The translations under genes were made by a program, and so were the position numbers. 64,000 bases of DNA. Source: Geosiphon pyriformis uo1 (lineage: Eukaryota > Fungi > Glomeromycota). Below, in pieces: positions 11,374 through 25,992 of the stretch. The stretch spans positions 23,298 through 87,297 of the forward strand of contig JAAOMT010000575.1 of NCBI GenBank assembly GCA_016748015.1, given 5' to 3'. Each line of letters begins with the position of its first letter. Within the stretch, counting starts at the first letter, position 1. The notes beneath the pieces were generated by a model. It worked only from the letters and a program-made list of their open reading frames with translations. It ran no database searches and was not told where the DNA came from.

Positions 11374-14300
11374 ATTTATTTCTTGACATTGAAAGAAACA
11401 GTTTTAGTACCAAATCCAACATTATACCTGTCAAATCTTTATCCTTCTCTTTAAAGTATGCATGTTTCAACCTTTGGATTTTGATATAATTTTCATTTAT
11501 TATTAAATGCTGAGAAGTGTGATCCAACTATGACCTACAAACATGACAGGAAATGACACATAGTAGGGGTAGCTTACGTGTTTGCTAGGTGTAATCAGTC
11601 ACCCATTTCATTTTTAAAATATTTTTTATGTTAATTTATTTAACTCTAGAATTTTCATAAAAAATAAATATAATCTTTAAATCTACTCTTTAAAATCAAA
11701 AAATTATTATCTAAGCAATCATGGCTTTATTTTATACTTGATTATAATTTATTATTTCTACTCATGTTTTGATAATTATGTTTTTTAATTTTATTGTTAA
11801 AATTATTTTGATTTATTAAAGTTTTAAGTTTACATAGTTGGAGTCAGTTAAGTGAATAAGATAAGTTTTATTACAATTGACATAAATTGTTAATTAGTCA
11901 AGATTTAGTGTTACATATTTCGGTACATTAATTATTATTTAACACATATCTTAACACAAAATTTTATAAATAAATATGTATTTAAATAAAACAAAAAACC
12001 CATATAAAATTTAGTTTAACTTAATTTAATTAATTTTTATTAATATTATTTATAATTGAAATGTTCATTGAAATTAAGATAAAGCCGATTGGAAAGTTCA
12101 TAATAGCATAAGTTTATGAGTGTTTTTTTAATGGTAAGTTTTTATACAATTTTGTAGAGGTATTAGCCAAATTTTTTAAAATATCATTTGACAAACCGAA
12201 TTCAAAAAAAGTCAAATAAATAAAACATGATTTTTTTGTTATGAATTAAATATATATAGTTACATATTAAATCAAGCTTTTTAAAAATAAAATCTCTTAA
12301 GTAAAAACTTTCATTAGAATTTTTTTGCTCTCAAAATACTTTTTCAAAAGCTAAATTATCAATTTTAATAAAAGTAAATTTTTTTGTTTTTTGAAGAGAT
12401 TTACTGTTAATTAGAAGCTTTTTATGAAGTGTATAACTATAATTAACAATTGTTTTCAGTAACAAACCAATTTTTTATATATGAAAAACAATTCACTACT
12501 TTAAAGATAAAATATAACTATAAAAAATGCATAAATATAAAAATAATTCCTATTTTTATAATACTTTATAATTCTATTGAGATTAAAACTTCATACTTAG
12601 AACTATAATCTGCTTACTTAACATAATATTTAATTATTATTTACAGAGCCAAGCCGAAATGAAGATATGTATAAAAAAAATTGTTGTCATTAAAAAAATT
12701 TTTTCTAGTTTAAAAAAATTTGAATTTTACTTTCAAAAATTTAATTTTTAAAACTAGGCTAGTTTTTAAAACGTTATCAAGTTAAATTGAATAATAATTT
12801 GTAATAATTGTTATTTTAATACATTCCTTACTATTTATAGATAGCTAATATAGTTTTAAATAAATTTTTATAGATATTTTTATCATTCATGGAACACAAA
12901 ATAATAAAAATGTAAAGTGTCCCATGACTTTTTTCCACCCAGTATATATGATTTTGTCAATCAGCTTTTAAAAAATATTTTCAAAGCCAAATCTAGTACT
13001 ATTCATATTAAGTAAGCTTACTTTCAAAATTTGACCAAACAGTTATGATACAATAATATACTTTATCTAGTATTCAAGCTTTTTGGGACATGGTTGGATC
13101 AAATAATATATTATCACTTTAATATGTTTCTCAATTTTGGTATCATTTTTTTTTTGAGATATTTGTCATTTCATGTTTTATCTCACCCATTTTATTTGAA
13201 GTCTCAAAAATATTCCTCTTCCATTATGGTCATATGGAACTATCATATTAATCTTAGAAGAATCAATGATTTACTAATATTGATTAAATCTAAACCAAGA
13301 AGACATCCTCAAATTGGTTAACACTCGGGAGTTTAAAGAATTTACCTTATCTTTTTTCAAAAATCACCCCATCATTTGAAGAAATACGATTGTCTTCAAA
13401 CATAAGTTTTTTTGGTTTAGTACCACTTACCAAACTAATCTTATAATTTCGTATAATTATTGAAAAAAAGTTCTTAATTTGAAGCATTGCAAAAAAGTGA
13501 CCAGGACAAGTTTTTTGGCCAAGTCTAAATGATAAATAAGCACGATCAATTTGAGTAATTGTTCCACCTTTATTGAGATATCTAACAGGATTAAATTTAG
13601 TCGGATTGGAGCCTTGAAGTTCTTTACTTTGAGTGACACTTAAAAGGTCAATGAATACTGTTCTTTCTATAAATATAGTTAAAAAAGATTATTATTATTC
13701 AAGTTTAGTAGTATTAAATTTGAAAAATATTCAAACTGCTGCATAGCACTTTACTTGAGGGAAGCTGATATCCATTTGAAAGCGTGATTGGTGATAAAGA
13801 ACTGTTGGCTTTTTGTTGTCCAACTAAAAGCCAGAAAAAAATTTAGTATAAAAATAGTCAGAAAATAAGAGAATAATAAAATTTGAAAACTGCTTATGAA
13901 AATGCTCATTATATCTTATCAATTCTTTAAGAAAACTATCAAGTTTCACCATCTTTTCAATTTGATTGAGTGCAGGAAATCTGTCAGTTCCAAATCTTTT
14001 AGCAATTTTATGTTGTTCTTCTAATAGCTCTTTTTAATAATCAGTATTGGCTGCATAGTCTAAACAGATTTAGAACTATATTAAAAATTAATAAATAGTT
14101 TTTTATATATTTGATTAATAATAATAATAATAATAATAAAAGATTGGCTTACCTATAATTGTATATGTTAGCTTAAGACTCGTCATAAAAATAGAAGTGA
14201 AAACTAATCTATAAATGTGAATGGCCATGTGATTGTAATTTATGTTTTCTTTTTCACCAACCAAACCACCATCTAACAGCATTTGTATGACATCAAGCTA

Positions 14301-15324
14301 TTTAAAAATAATAATAAGATCAGACAAAAATAATAATAAAGAAATAATTTTCTCTTTGATTTAAATATTTACTGGTGAATTGTATTTATCTTTCTGTTCT
14401 TTCATCTCTTTAATACATTTTTCAACAATTGGTGCAAGTTTCTTTATTAAGTTGGCTTGATGCTTTTCTACTGAGTTCTTTTTTAGTCTGATCTTCCAAT
14501 TGTGAGAAGTTTAAGGAATCATAAATATTTAATACTTATTATCTATAGGCTATAAAAAGCAAATTCAAACATACAGTAATAATTGTTTATGAAGCCAAGG
14601 ATGAACAAAAGCCAATGTTTGAAAAGTTTGAAAAATTTTATGGACATTATTAGAATAATTAGCAAAAGAGAGTAATAATTTTTCGTTCTTGAAGAGTTTC
14701 TAATTTTTGACCAACCAAATACTCTAAGTACCTAGATTATAAGAATTTAAATCATCTGGTGATTAAAAATTTCCTCATCTTCCCCAAAAATACCAATGCA
14801 GTTACAAATGCTAAGATTTCTTGACTTTTATTCAATATAAAATAAATGGTCTTAGGTTCTTTAAGAGAAAGAAAAAGAGAGAAAAAGAGAGAAAGAGAGA
14901 GAAAACCAAAGTATAGTTGGCTATATTACTGGAAAGATAAAAATTCTGTTAAAAAACTAAAAATTTTGAAACCTTTAGAAAGCCCAATATATTTTTCGAT
15001 TGATATTTTGATTTAAGATTGAAGCTTTTCATTAAGTTTTGGGAGAAGTAATGAAATTTCAATTGCCAGATGCTTGGTAATTTTGTGCGTTAATAGACCA
15101 GTAGAACCTAAAAGTTGCATAATAAGAAACATCTTCACAGTATTGTGATAAAGGTTTCAAAAAAAATTAGAAAATATAACAATTTCTTAAAAAATTTTAA
15201 AATTAAATAGCATATCATATCAAGGGCTTCTAAAAAGTCTACATCCTTATGTTTTATGAATTTAGGTGCAGAATCTTTTCCAACAACAGTATAAACTTTG
15301 CTGTATTGATAAATATTGTACATA

Positions 15325-16652
15325 CAAGGGGGTATAAAAAGTATTGGACACTTTTATAATATGTTATATAAAAGAACTAACTTATGAATTGTTAATTTTT
15401 TATTATTATATTAAAATACATATTAGTATTTTGTTTAACCCTCATTTGCTTCAAGAATAGCTTGAACTTGACATGGCATAGACTTGATCAAATTACAATA
15501 GTAATTTACAGATATTGCATCCCATTCTTCCTTAACCTACTGTTCCAATTATACAATATTTGAGGGTTGTAAATTACATTGACAAATTTTAACTTCAATA
15601 TATGACCAAAAATTTTCTATTGGAGTAATATTAGGACTTTGTGCTGGCCAAGGAAGTAATTTATCATTTAAAGAGATAAGAAAAAAACATGCAACTTTTG
15701 ATGTGTGGATTGGTGCATTGTCTTCCTGAAAAAAAACTTTTTTTTAGTTTTTTTTGCATAATTAGCCAAAGTTTTGTGGTGTATAACTCCAGTAATATGA
15801 CCAACCAAAGGAACTAAAGAACCCAAACTAACCCATAAAAAACATCCCCAAAACATGTGACAAAGCTTTTTCTAACTATGGCTGCAATACAATCTTTATG
15901 AAACTCTTTGGAAAGTTTACACTATATATGTCCAAATCTTGTAGTTCTAAATTATATATATGTAAATTCATTTGATCAAACAACTCATTTAAAATTTTTT
16001 ACTGTCCAATTTTTATAAGTACAAGCCCATTGTAAATGTTTTTCTTTATTTGATTTGGAAATTAATGGCTTAAGATAAGGAATACATGAGCGAAGTCTTT
16101 CTTGAGCTAATCTATTTCAAATAGTTTGTATAGAAATAGATTTGTTAGTATCTTTAATAAAATTCAATCGTATTTGAGAAAAAGTTTGGTGGCAAGTTTC
16201 TTTATTCTTCATTATTGAATATTTGAATTGTTCATGTGTGCATTTGTCAAGAATTTGTGGTTGGCCCGTTCATTTTTTAGGAAGTTTTTTTAGCTCGTAT
16301 GACTTCTATACACATATTACAGAAGAACTGAACATCCAATAGTCGTGAAAATCTTACTGTTTGTATGTCTTAACTTTATTGCTGAAATAATCCCTCCTTT
16401 TTGGTATTCAGAAAGTTATTTTCCAAGACACATTTGATGCAGTAAATTTTTTCATGACAAGAATGTTTGATATTTTATATATATGCATATGATCTACTGT
16501 TGTGTTTTACAAGGATGCGATTTATGTTGATTTGTAGATTATAACTATAAGTAATTATAAAAAAAATTATGATTTAAATTGGTAATAGTATTACTATATA
16601 TAATCTTTTTTATATATTATATTAAGTGTTTAATACTTTTTATACTTTTCTG
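15325..16652 (-). mobile_element. Tc1/mariner DNA transposon, ~1.33 kb, decayed
   Basis: Left TIR caagggggtataaaaagtattggacactt; right TIR (reverse complement) cagaaaagtataaaaagtattaaacactt; TA target duplication at 15323-15324 and 16653-16654. Confidence 0.93.
15423..16433 (-). pseudogene. Tc1-family DDE transposase relic
   Basis: LSEYQKGGII HTH start, MFWGCF, WPAQSPNITPIENFW (canonical WPxQSPDLNPIENLW) and C-terminal G*TKY*; many stops. Confidence 0.9.
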
Positions 16653-19600
16653 TATCTCCATACTAGAAAAAAACAAAAATATAGTGAATTAAATAATAAT
16701 AATAATAATAATAATAATAGAAACCTAGATTATCTAATAAAAACTTTTTCCCAGTATCTGTTTAAAAAGCCTTCACAATCAGCTTGAATCTCATAAGTAT
16801 GCCTGATTAAGAGATATTTATAAGGAACAAGAGGTGGTTCATTCTTTAAAATTATTTTAATAATGGTCAAAAAACATTAGAAAAAAAGAAACTATTTGAG
16901 GATTTAATGCTTAACTTAATACCAACCAAATTATACTTTGGCTTTCTTATATAATAAACTTTTAAAGCCAGAATTATTATAAAAAGCAAAAAGGGCCCAA
17001 AATTAAAAACAGCAGTGGTGAAATTAATTATATTTCCACAATTAATCTCAAAAATAGTAATGGAAGTAGGAGTAATGGAATAGAGCTTTTATATCATAAA
17101 AGTTTTTTATGAATGTTTTAATCCGAGCTTTGGGTTATGGAAAAAAGAGGTTAAGGGATTGAATTTTAGAAATTGTGAGAAAAAAAAATATATTTATGAA
17201 AAATTAAGATAAATTCTAACTTGCATATATTTTTTGGATCATAAAATCAAAAAATTATCCTCTAAACTTTTTCAGTTCAAAAATTCCATAATATGTAGGG
17301 TTTTTTTTTTACCCAGTTTTTACATTAATTTTTGAACGGATTTTTTCAACCCAAAAAGACAAAACACTTTACATTTGCTATTAAAAGAGCATAAAAATTA
17401 GTTAATCAATATTGAAATCCAAGTTGGGAGGATTGGAATTCGATTCTCATTTCAAATTTGTGTGTTTTAATATAATATTATTAAATTTTTAATTAAAATA
17501 AAATAACTTTAACTTTACTAATTAATGAACATAAAATTACTGTTACTCAAAGATGCAAATTAAGGTATGCTATTTATTCTATGACATTTTATGAATAAAC
17601 CTTAAAAAGATTCTAAAACATTGTGAATTATTTCCAGTTCTTAATATGGCATCTATTTATTTTAATGAATCTTTGTTATTGTAAGACATATTTGTTTACA
17701 CAAATATTTTGAAAAATTCCTGTTTGAGATCTTGCATATTACATTAAATCAGGATTTTCATTAAACCCAAAAGAGAAATATTTTTAAAAACCAAATAAGA
17801 TTCGACTAAAAAAAAATTTTTGAAAGAGTTTTACTAATAAATAATGTTGGGCTGGTTTAAATGCCTATTTGAGCATAAAATTAGTTTAATATTTCAGTAA
17901 TCATGGGCTTAACATAGCTTTTTTTTTTTAATTTAATAGTCTTTTTTTTAATAAATATTCTCAGTAATACACACTGAATTTTTGAAAGTTTCATTTCTAA
18001 ATAACTTCTTGCTTTATTGATAATCAATTTACAAAAGAATTGAGAAACCTGTTATTTTTTCCACAACTTTTTATGTAACGTAGTTGTGATTACTCTTAAT
18101 AGAAACAATGGCGTATTGTAATACTAAGATGTGCTGATAATTTTTCAAAGTGAATATTGAAAAAATATCATTTTCATTCTACTTTCATGCTTTCTAAGGA
18201 GCCAAACTTAATACTTAATTTACTACTTTTATTTGAATGTGTAGTGGAAGGCTATTTAAAGACTGATTTGAAGATAAATAAATATGCTAAATTTAACATA
18301 GAATAATTTCTATTTTAGATTTTAAAATTTCTGAAAACAAAAATATTAAAAAGATTAAAAAATTGGTAAGAGCAAAAAACTAATTCAAAAAATTATTTTG
18401 CAAACAAAAAATAATTTTTTTAAAAAATGAACCAATTTTTCTTGATCACTTATTTTAATTATTACTTCTGGATTATTTGAAATATTTTTTATTTTATTTT
18501 ATTTTAAGTACTAAGAGTTCTACATTGTCAACAATGAATTGAATTAAACGGTATATGAAATTGATTTAAAAGAAATTGATAGAATTTTCAGAATATATAT
18601 GGTGTAGTAAGATGGAGCAATTACATTTTTATGTTATAATGTTGGTAATAAGAATTCATACCACTTCCTCAAGTTTAATTATAAAGACAAATTATTAGAA
18701 GTTTATTCTTTTAACTCTAATTATCTTTTAGTAGAATATTGTCATAGGTGTAAATAACTTTTCAAATTATTTTCATAGAATAGAACATTAATTCAAAGAT
18801 TTTTATTAAATAACTCTTAAAGATCTGTTTGACAAAAAAGAATTTTTTGCATTTTTAATGTTTTAATGCTTTGTACAATGATATAAATCTAGATAAAGGT
18901 GTGATAAGTGACCATCTACAGCTATAGTTAGTTAACAAAAAATATCCAGAAAGATAAAAATTTTCTTTGGATTAATGGACTAGATGATAATACAACAAAA
19001 ATTGAGTAGACTATTTTTAATGTTCCATAAGTTTGTATGCAGTAAAAATAATATTTGAATATAAATCTCAATAAAATAATCATAAAAATTTATAACCTAT
19101 TCCAATGAAATCATCAACCCAATACATGGTCCTAAAAAACTTAAAACAAAAAATAATTTTATCATTTTTTCACCTTTTAACACAATTGATAGAGGCTTTG
19201 GATTAGGATATATTGTGGAATTTTATCTTGGTACAAACATAACATATGCTATGAGTTCAGTAATCTTGATAATTAATTTAATTATTCATTTTTATAGCAT
19301 TTTGGTATGGCTCTATATTTAAACTACTTTTTTACCAGTTAAATGTGAATGGGCTTTGTCCAAATAAGTTTAGCTTTGAAAATGTAAAAGGCGTGACTTA
19401 TTTTCAATATAATTTAGATTGATAATCTTTTGTTTGATTTCCATTTCCTTTTTAAGATCTGATGCACAGCAAGTAAAGAAATTAAAACGGTTATTATTTA
19501 ATCGAGCTAATAATGATTATTTTTTCATTGATAATAATTTTATAAAAGATGCAAAGTATAATGAAGCCATCAGAAGAATTCTTTGAAATATTTTGTAATT

Positions 19601-21817
19601 TAAAACAGTTAAGACAAATATTTTAGTTTTTTGCTCTTTAAGAAATTTATTTTAAAGATTAATTATTCATTGATTCATTTTTTCTTCATTCATTTGTTCA
19701 TTTGTTTGTTTGTTTGTTCATTTATTCATTTGTTTGTTCATTCATACATTTAGTTTGAATTGAACTCTTTATAATGACCTAAGTAATTTTATATAATTTA
19801 TTTTCTAACTTGGGTAATTATATATTAGTGATTAGTTTTATTTCTTTGGATTAATTTTTTATTATTATGTTTTAACAAAATAAGATCCTTTCACTACTTT
19901 AGATTTTTTATGATTTGTGCCAAAATTAAATTAAAATCAAAATCAAAATTAATAGTTTTATTTTTTTTTATATAGATACTAAACTTTAAAAACTTTTGAA
20001 AATCAAAAAATTTATTTTTACTAAATTTTCTGTTTATTATTGAATTTAAATTAAAAGTAAAAATAAAAGTGAAATTGATAATTAAATTTTAAAAGTTTAT
20101 AACTTTTATGTAACTTGTAATTTAATCATAGTTATGAATTGTAATTCTATTTATTTATTTATTACATTAAATTTCGATTCAAAAAATAAAAATCAATACA
20201 TAAGTTATAACAAGTATATTAATACTAAATTACAATTTAATTAAAATTATTAATGTTTAAAATTGCACATTTTTAATTTTAAATATTATTTTAAATAAGA
20301 TATACAAGTTCTAATTTAAATTCTCATTATAAAATTAAAAAATATTTTATTTTTTTAAATTTGAAAAATAAATTCTTATCTTATTTATATTCAAAATTCA
20401 ATTATAAAATTTAAATGAAATAAATAAAAAATTTTGTTTTCTAATATATGCATTAATATCTTAGATTTTTGAATTTCTCTAAACAAAAAAATTGGTTTTT
20501 TTTATTTTGCAATACTTAAAAAATTAACATTTTAATAATATAAATTTTTTAAATAAGAATTTATTAAACCAATAAATTATTTATATCAAAGGACTATTTT
20601 TTTGATGTTATAAAAAAAATTTTAATAAAGTTTTTGGTTATTAGTAAATATTACACAAAAAGGTTCAAAGTACAGAAATATAATTGGTATTGTATATATA
20701 TAATAAAAAAATAAAGAAATAAAATGCAATATTTATTTTAGTGAAAAAAAATTTAAATTAATTAAAAATAAAAAAATAAAATTTATACAATAATAATAAT
20801 AATAATAATAATCATGTTGTAAAAGATTTACAATATTACTTTTTTATTATTCAGTTTATTATTTGTTTATTTGTTTATTTGTTTATTTGTTTATTATGGT
20901 TTAAACACTTCGAAATCCAATCTGTTTTAAACAATGTAGCAATCATCTTAAAGCTTTTAATATTCAAATATATTAAATAAAAATTATAAATATCAAGTAA
21001 TTATAAAAACATAGCATTATTTAAAAAGCGAAAAATAAATTAATAAGTAATAATTAAAAATTTCGAAAATTTATTTTAAAGTAATATTTCTTTTAAATTT
21101 ATAATCCAATAAATTTTTGAAACCAGTTATTATGTCTATCTTGTTTTTGATAAAACATAGAGTTAACATATATTAAAAAATAAATATTCATTTGAAAAAA
21201 TTGGAAAACCAATCTATTTTTCTTGAAATAAAATAAAAAATTAAAACTACATTAAAGAATAATACAATAACTTTTCTTAATTCATTTTATAAAAGTAAAA
21301 TTTAATTTAATATTCAAATATTATTAATAAACTTTTTATTTTATAAAAATACAGGTATATAAAATTGCTTGACTTTTTTATATTATTATTATCAATTTTT
21401 AAATTAGATTCAAAATTGATTTGAACTGAAAAGGATTTTTTGTCCTGATTCTTTTTGAATTCTACCTGATTTATTGTGACCTATAGTTGGGACAATAATT
21501 TACATGATCGAGATTTGGGTAAGAATTTCTAATGTTAGGTTAAGTCAACAAGCAAACAATGAAACATCAAACTCAAAAATAATATATTAATAATAAATGA
21601 AATAAATTTGACATTATCATAATGATTATTGTTATTATAAATGGTGATGATCGAGAGTCGTTTAATAATGTTTTATAAAAATGATAAAAATTTTTATAAC
21701 AAAATCATAAAATTATCTATTCAACTTTTTTTATATCTTTAGGCAAATAGACAAATTCTTTTATTAAAAAATAAAAGTAAATTTTTGATATATCTGTATA
21801 ATAATTAAGTCAATAAA

Positions 21818-22790
21818 TTAATCAATATAAAAATAGATTAGACAATCTTTAAAAAAATTAACCATCTGTGCAGTTAAAAGACAATTTGTATAAACTGCTT
21901 CTGAATGAATGCGTGTTGGGGTTATTAATTCGTTTTTTACTATTTTTTTTACGTATTTCTCTGATTTTAAAAACTGGTTATATTTAATATTCACACTTTT
22001 ATACTCCGAATACAAGCTTTTAAGTCCCATTAACTCTTTTTAACTTGTTCAATAGCAAGACAATTCTCAGGATTAACATTCCAACACTCTACAATCATTT
22101 TAATGATATAAAATAGAAAGGGAATTTTATGTCTTTGATCATTTAAAACATCTATTATAAGAAAGTGGTCATAAGAATAATCATGAAAAGAAGGCTTTTT
22201 TGTTGTTAATTCCTATAATAACATAGAAAAACTATAAATATTACCAGCTGATGTAAATTTTTCTCCTCTTAAAACTTTTGGTAAAATATATAAAATTACT
22301 TTATATATTTTTTTTTCTGATCTTGCTTTTTTTGTTGTTTTTGTTATTGTTACTTTATGATTACTGGTTGATATAATCTAAGGTTTTTAATTCCTATACA
22401 ATTAGTTTAATATTGTAAAATATTGTCTAAGTGTAAATTATCATATCAAAAAAATAAATTGAACAAAGTCTAAAAGCTATATTAAATGCAATATCTAATT
22501 TATTAAACCAATTTTTTAAATGAAAATTTGTTAATAAATATTTTTACATGTCTTTATGTTTGACAAACTTTATTATAATTCCATATTTGAATGTTTTAGT
22601 ATTTCGTGTAATTTCATAAATTGTAAAAATATTGTTACTTAAATAGTTATTATTATTATTTACAATAACCCTTTGAATATTTAACTATAAAAAAATAAGT
22701 AGATAATATACATAGAATAAAATAAATAATAATAAATAAATATAAATAGTTTTTTTTTATTTTTTAAGCATTTCTTCAGTTTTGTTGACA
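21818..22790 (-). pseudogene. Tyrosine-kinase-like protein kinase relic
   Basis: Decayed motifs: IYEITRNTKTFKYGIIIKFVKHKDM*KYL, ILPKVLRGEKFTSAGNIYSF (APE..DIYSFG), ELTTKKPSFHD, MIVECWNVNPEN and HSEAVYTNCLL. These match the expanded glomeromycete TKL family. Confidence 0.85.
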
Positions 22791-25215
22791 TAATTTTTAT
22801 TGCTACTTCTTTTTTTATTTCTTATTTTCTATATTTTATTAAATTATAATGTTTTATAGCATATTTATTAATTAATTTATTAATTAAAGTTGTCTTATAA
22901 ATTCTATTTGACTTTTTTTAACAATTTTATTAATATTTAACAAACATTCTCATAGAAGTTATTGATAATAATAAAAATTAACCTCATAATTATTAGATCA
23001 ATTATGTAGAATATAAATTAAATTCTTAATTATTTTTTCAGCTATTTTATTGTTATTTGAAAAGTTATAATAAAGTTTTTTAAGAAATATAAAACAGCAT
23101 ACTTTACAGTTATTAAAATTATTATTTAAAATATTTTTTTAACAGAATAAATACAAGTTATAATTATGTATTTATAAATAAGTTTTTTTAATTTTTTATA
23201 ATATATAAATGTGAATAAAGTTTCAAATATAAATAGATTATAATTTGAAAAGAGCTTTTTTAAGTCTTTTATTAATTATATTTTAGAAAGTAAGTAATTT
23301 TTTAATAGCAGAGTTTTTATTTATGCTGTTTTTTTATGTTGTACAAATTATAAAATATTATTATTTATTAAAGACTTATTATTTACTACAAATTAATTAA
23401 ATAAGTTTAACTATAAATAAATTGAGTAGTAATTATAATATATAAAGATATTAAACAAATTTTCTATTGTTTTATTATTTTTTTGTTTAAATATATATTT
23501 TTAAACAATAATAATAATAATAATAATAAATGATTTAAAGTTTATATAAATTATAAAAAATACATATTAAGACTCTAAATAAAATTAATATAAAGATTAA
23601 AAACATGTAAAAATTAAGATGTAATTTGTAATTTTCTAAATATTAAAAAACTTATTTGTTAAAATAAAATATTTTTAAGATTATACTTAATAAAATTCTG
23701 TAAAAAAAGCATGAATAAGTTAAATTAGATAAAAAATCAAAAAATTATAAAACAATTTTAGAAAAAAAAATTAAATTTATTTATTAAAAACCACTAAAAC
23801 AAAAACAAATTTGTATTTGTATTTGATAAATTATAATCTTTATTAAAAAAATTATTTTCAAAAAAAAATACATTATTTACGTATATTTGCTAAGCTTTAT
23901 ATTGTTTTTTTTAACAGTTTTTATTATATTTACTAATATTATTTTAAGTTTTTTTGACTTTATATTATTAATATTTTTGAATTCTTAGTTTAATTAAATT
24001 TATATTAAAATAAACTTTTCTATTATTTTATAATATAATTATGTTTAATTTATTTGCCAAAACAAATTCAAACTCGAATTAATTATTAAAATAATCTTTT
24101 TAAAATGTAACTTTAAACAGTAATCCTAAAATTAAAAATTTTTTAAGATTAACAAAACAAATATTTTTAAGTGATATAATCATATATATTTAATTTGAAA
24201 AACCAATTTTGGTTTTTGCTTTTGCTGTTTTATCTTTTTTTATTTAATATAATTAAATATTGTATTGTTTTAAAACTAATTTTTGAATTTATAAAAATAT
24301 GTGTTAATATTTTAAAAGATCTGTATTAAGTATTAATAATTTATTTATATAAATCAATACTTATTAAAAAAATTACTTAGCTTTTTATAAAATATATTAT
24401 ATACTAAATATATAAAACTTTGTTATAATAGAAAATTAATTATCTATTTATTTTTAATAATTGCTTAGAATTATATTAATAAAAATAAAAAAATATTATT
24501 ACAATATTTCAAAAATTTAGAATATTTAATAGATTTATTTTATAATTAATTAAAATAAAAAAGTTTTTGCTATTTTTTTTAGACAAAAAACTATTACAAT
24601 TATATTTAATTTTTTTTCAAGTTAATAGATAATTTATTTGTATTTATATATTTTATTTAACTTATATATATTTTAAACCAAACACAATTAAAAACTTTAT
24701 TTATTTGCTTTATCAAATAAAAGTTAATTTGATATTTTTAATTATGTTAAATTAAAATAAATCTAATCTTATATTATTTAAGTTAAGAATTAAGATTAAA
24801 AAATATAATAAGTAGTTTCTATTAATTACAAATATATTTTTAAAGAAATATGTTTTTAAAAATAAAAAAACTTAATTTATATTTATATTTATATCTTTAA
24901 TTAAATGTTTTAAAATCAAAATTATAATTACTTAATATTAAAAACTGGTTAAATTTAAACATAAAATTAAAAAATTAGAAAAACTTAAATATAAAAAATA
25001 ATATTTTTTATTTCTATTTAGATTAAAAAAGTCTGTATATTATTATTTAAATAAATAGAATAATAATAATATTAATGTATTAAAATAATTTTAGTAGACA
25101 TAGTCTGATTTTGTAAATAAACTATATAGAAGAATATTAAGTTATTATTGTATTTAATACTATTGCTTGTATATTAAAAATAAAAATCACATAATTATTT
25201 TACTTATTATAATGA

Positions 25216-25979
25216 TATTACAAGTGATTATTTCAGGTGTTAGAATAAATAACAAATCCATAACTTGGTGTTCGATTAATATATTAATGATGTTGGTAAT
25301 CTAAAAGTTTTGGTTATCTGAAGATTTTTATGGTTGAGTTCTTTGTATAATAAACAGAGATTTAATGGTGGTTTTAGTAGCTTTCTGGAATTGCAATTTC
25401 ATCAAATTTTTTTCTCAGTGTGGTGGCCAGTAATTTTTCTGGTAAGCTATCCTCAAATTTATGAATGTTCTATCTTTGTTTTGCAGGTCTTTTACCAGTT
25501 CCTATAATGTTTATACTTTAGTGCTTAATTTTTAATCAATTAGTAAACAACAATAAAATCAAAGAAAGAAAATAAAGAAATAAAGAAATGAGCCAATGTA
25601 ATTGCAAGTTAGTATTCCGTCAATAGTCATGATCAAGAACTATTGTTTCAGTATAGTTAAGTATTAATTACTATCAACATGAAGTATTGATAATAGAGAA
25701 TAAATTTGAAATAGTGAATAATTATTTATTAATTGAAAGGTTGCTTAGATTAAATCTAAATAGAGAAGTCTGTTTTTTCTACTTCTAATGCTACCACTAT
25801 ATATATATAATTGAGATTTCTCAATTCTTTATACCAAAAATCCTGCAATTTCTGGAATCCTGCAATTCCTGGAATTCTGCAATTCTTTTGAAAGAAATCC
25901 TAGAATTTTATATTTACTATGCCTATTTCTGATTGGCTAATTTATATGCTAATATACTTCCTATATTTTATGAGTAACA
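25216..25979 (-). repeat. 3' LTR of the Gypsy element
   Basis: Termini t(g>a)ttaca...gtaaca; homologous to 33245-34119 and 35190-35740; internal ctgcaatt(t/c)ctggaat repeats at ~25841-25885; PPT abuts at 25980-25994. Confidence 0.9.
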
Positions 25980-25992
25980 TTATTCTCTTCTT

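Larger units (their letters stand above)
13347..17097 (-). pseudogene. Multi-exon cytochrome P450 pseudogene interrupted by a Tc1/mariner element
   Basis: Minus-strand exons translate to an N-terminal TM plus NEPPLVPYKY hinge, YGDMYNIY, LDVIQMLLD, I-helix (LVFTSIFMTS), K-helix KMVKLDSFLKELIR, TLSNGYQLP, FNPVRYL and heme motif FRLGQKTCPGHFFA (~13488-13530). Several TAA/TAG stops; terminal stop at 13347. Confidence 0.9.

Noticed and set aside
18850-19480. Slightly GC-richer, coding-like stretch
   Set aside because: No frame I translated gave a recognisable motif; may be an unidentifiable relic.
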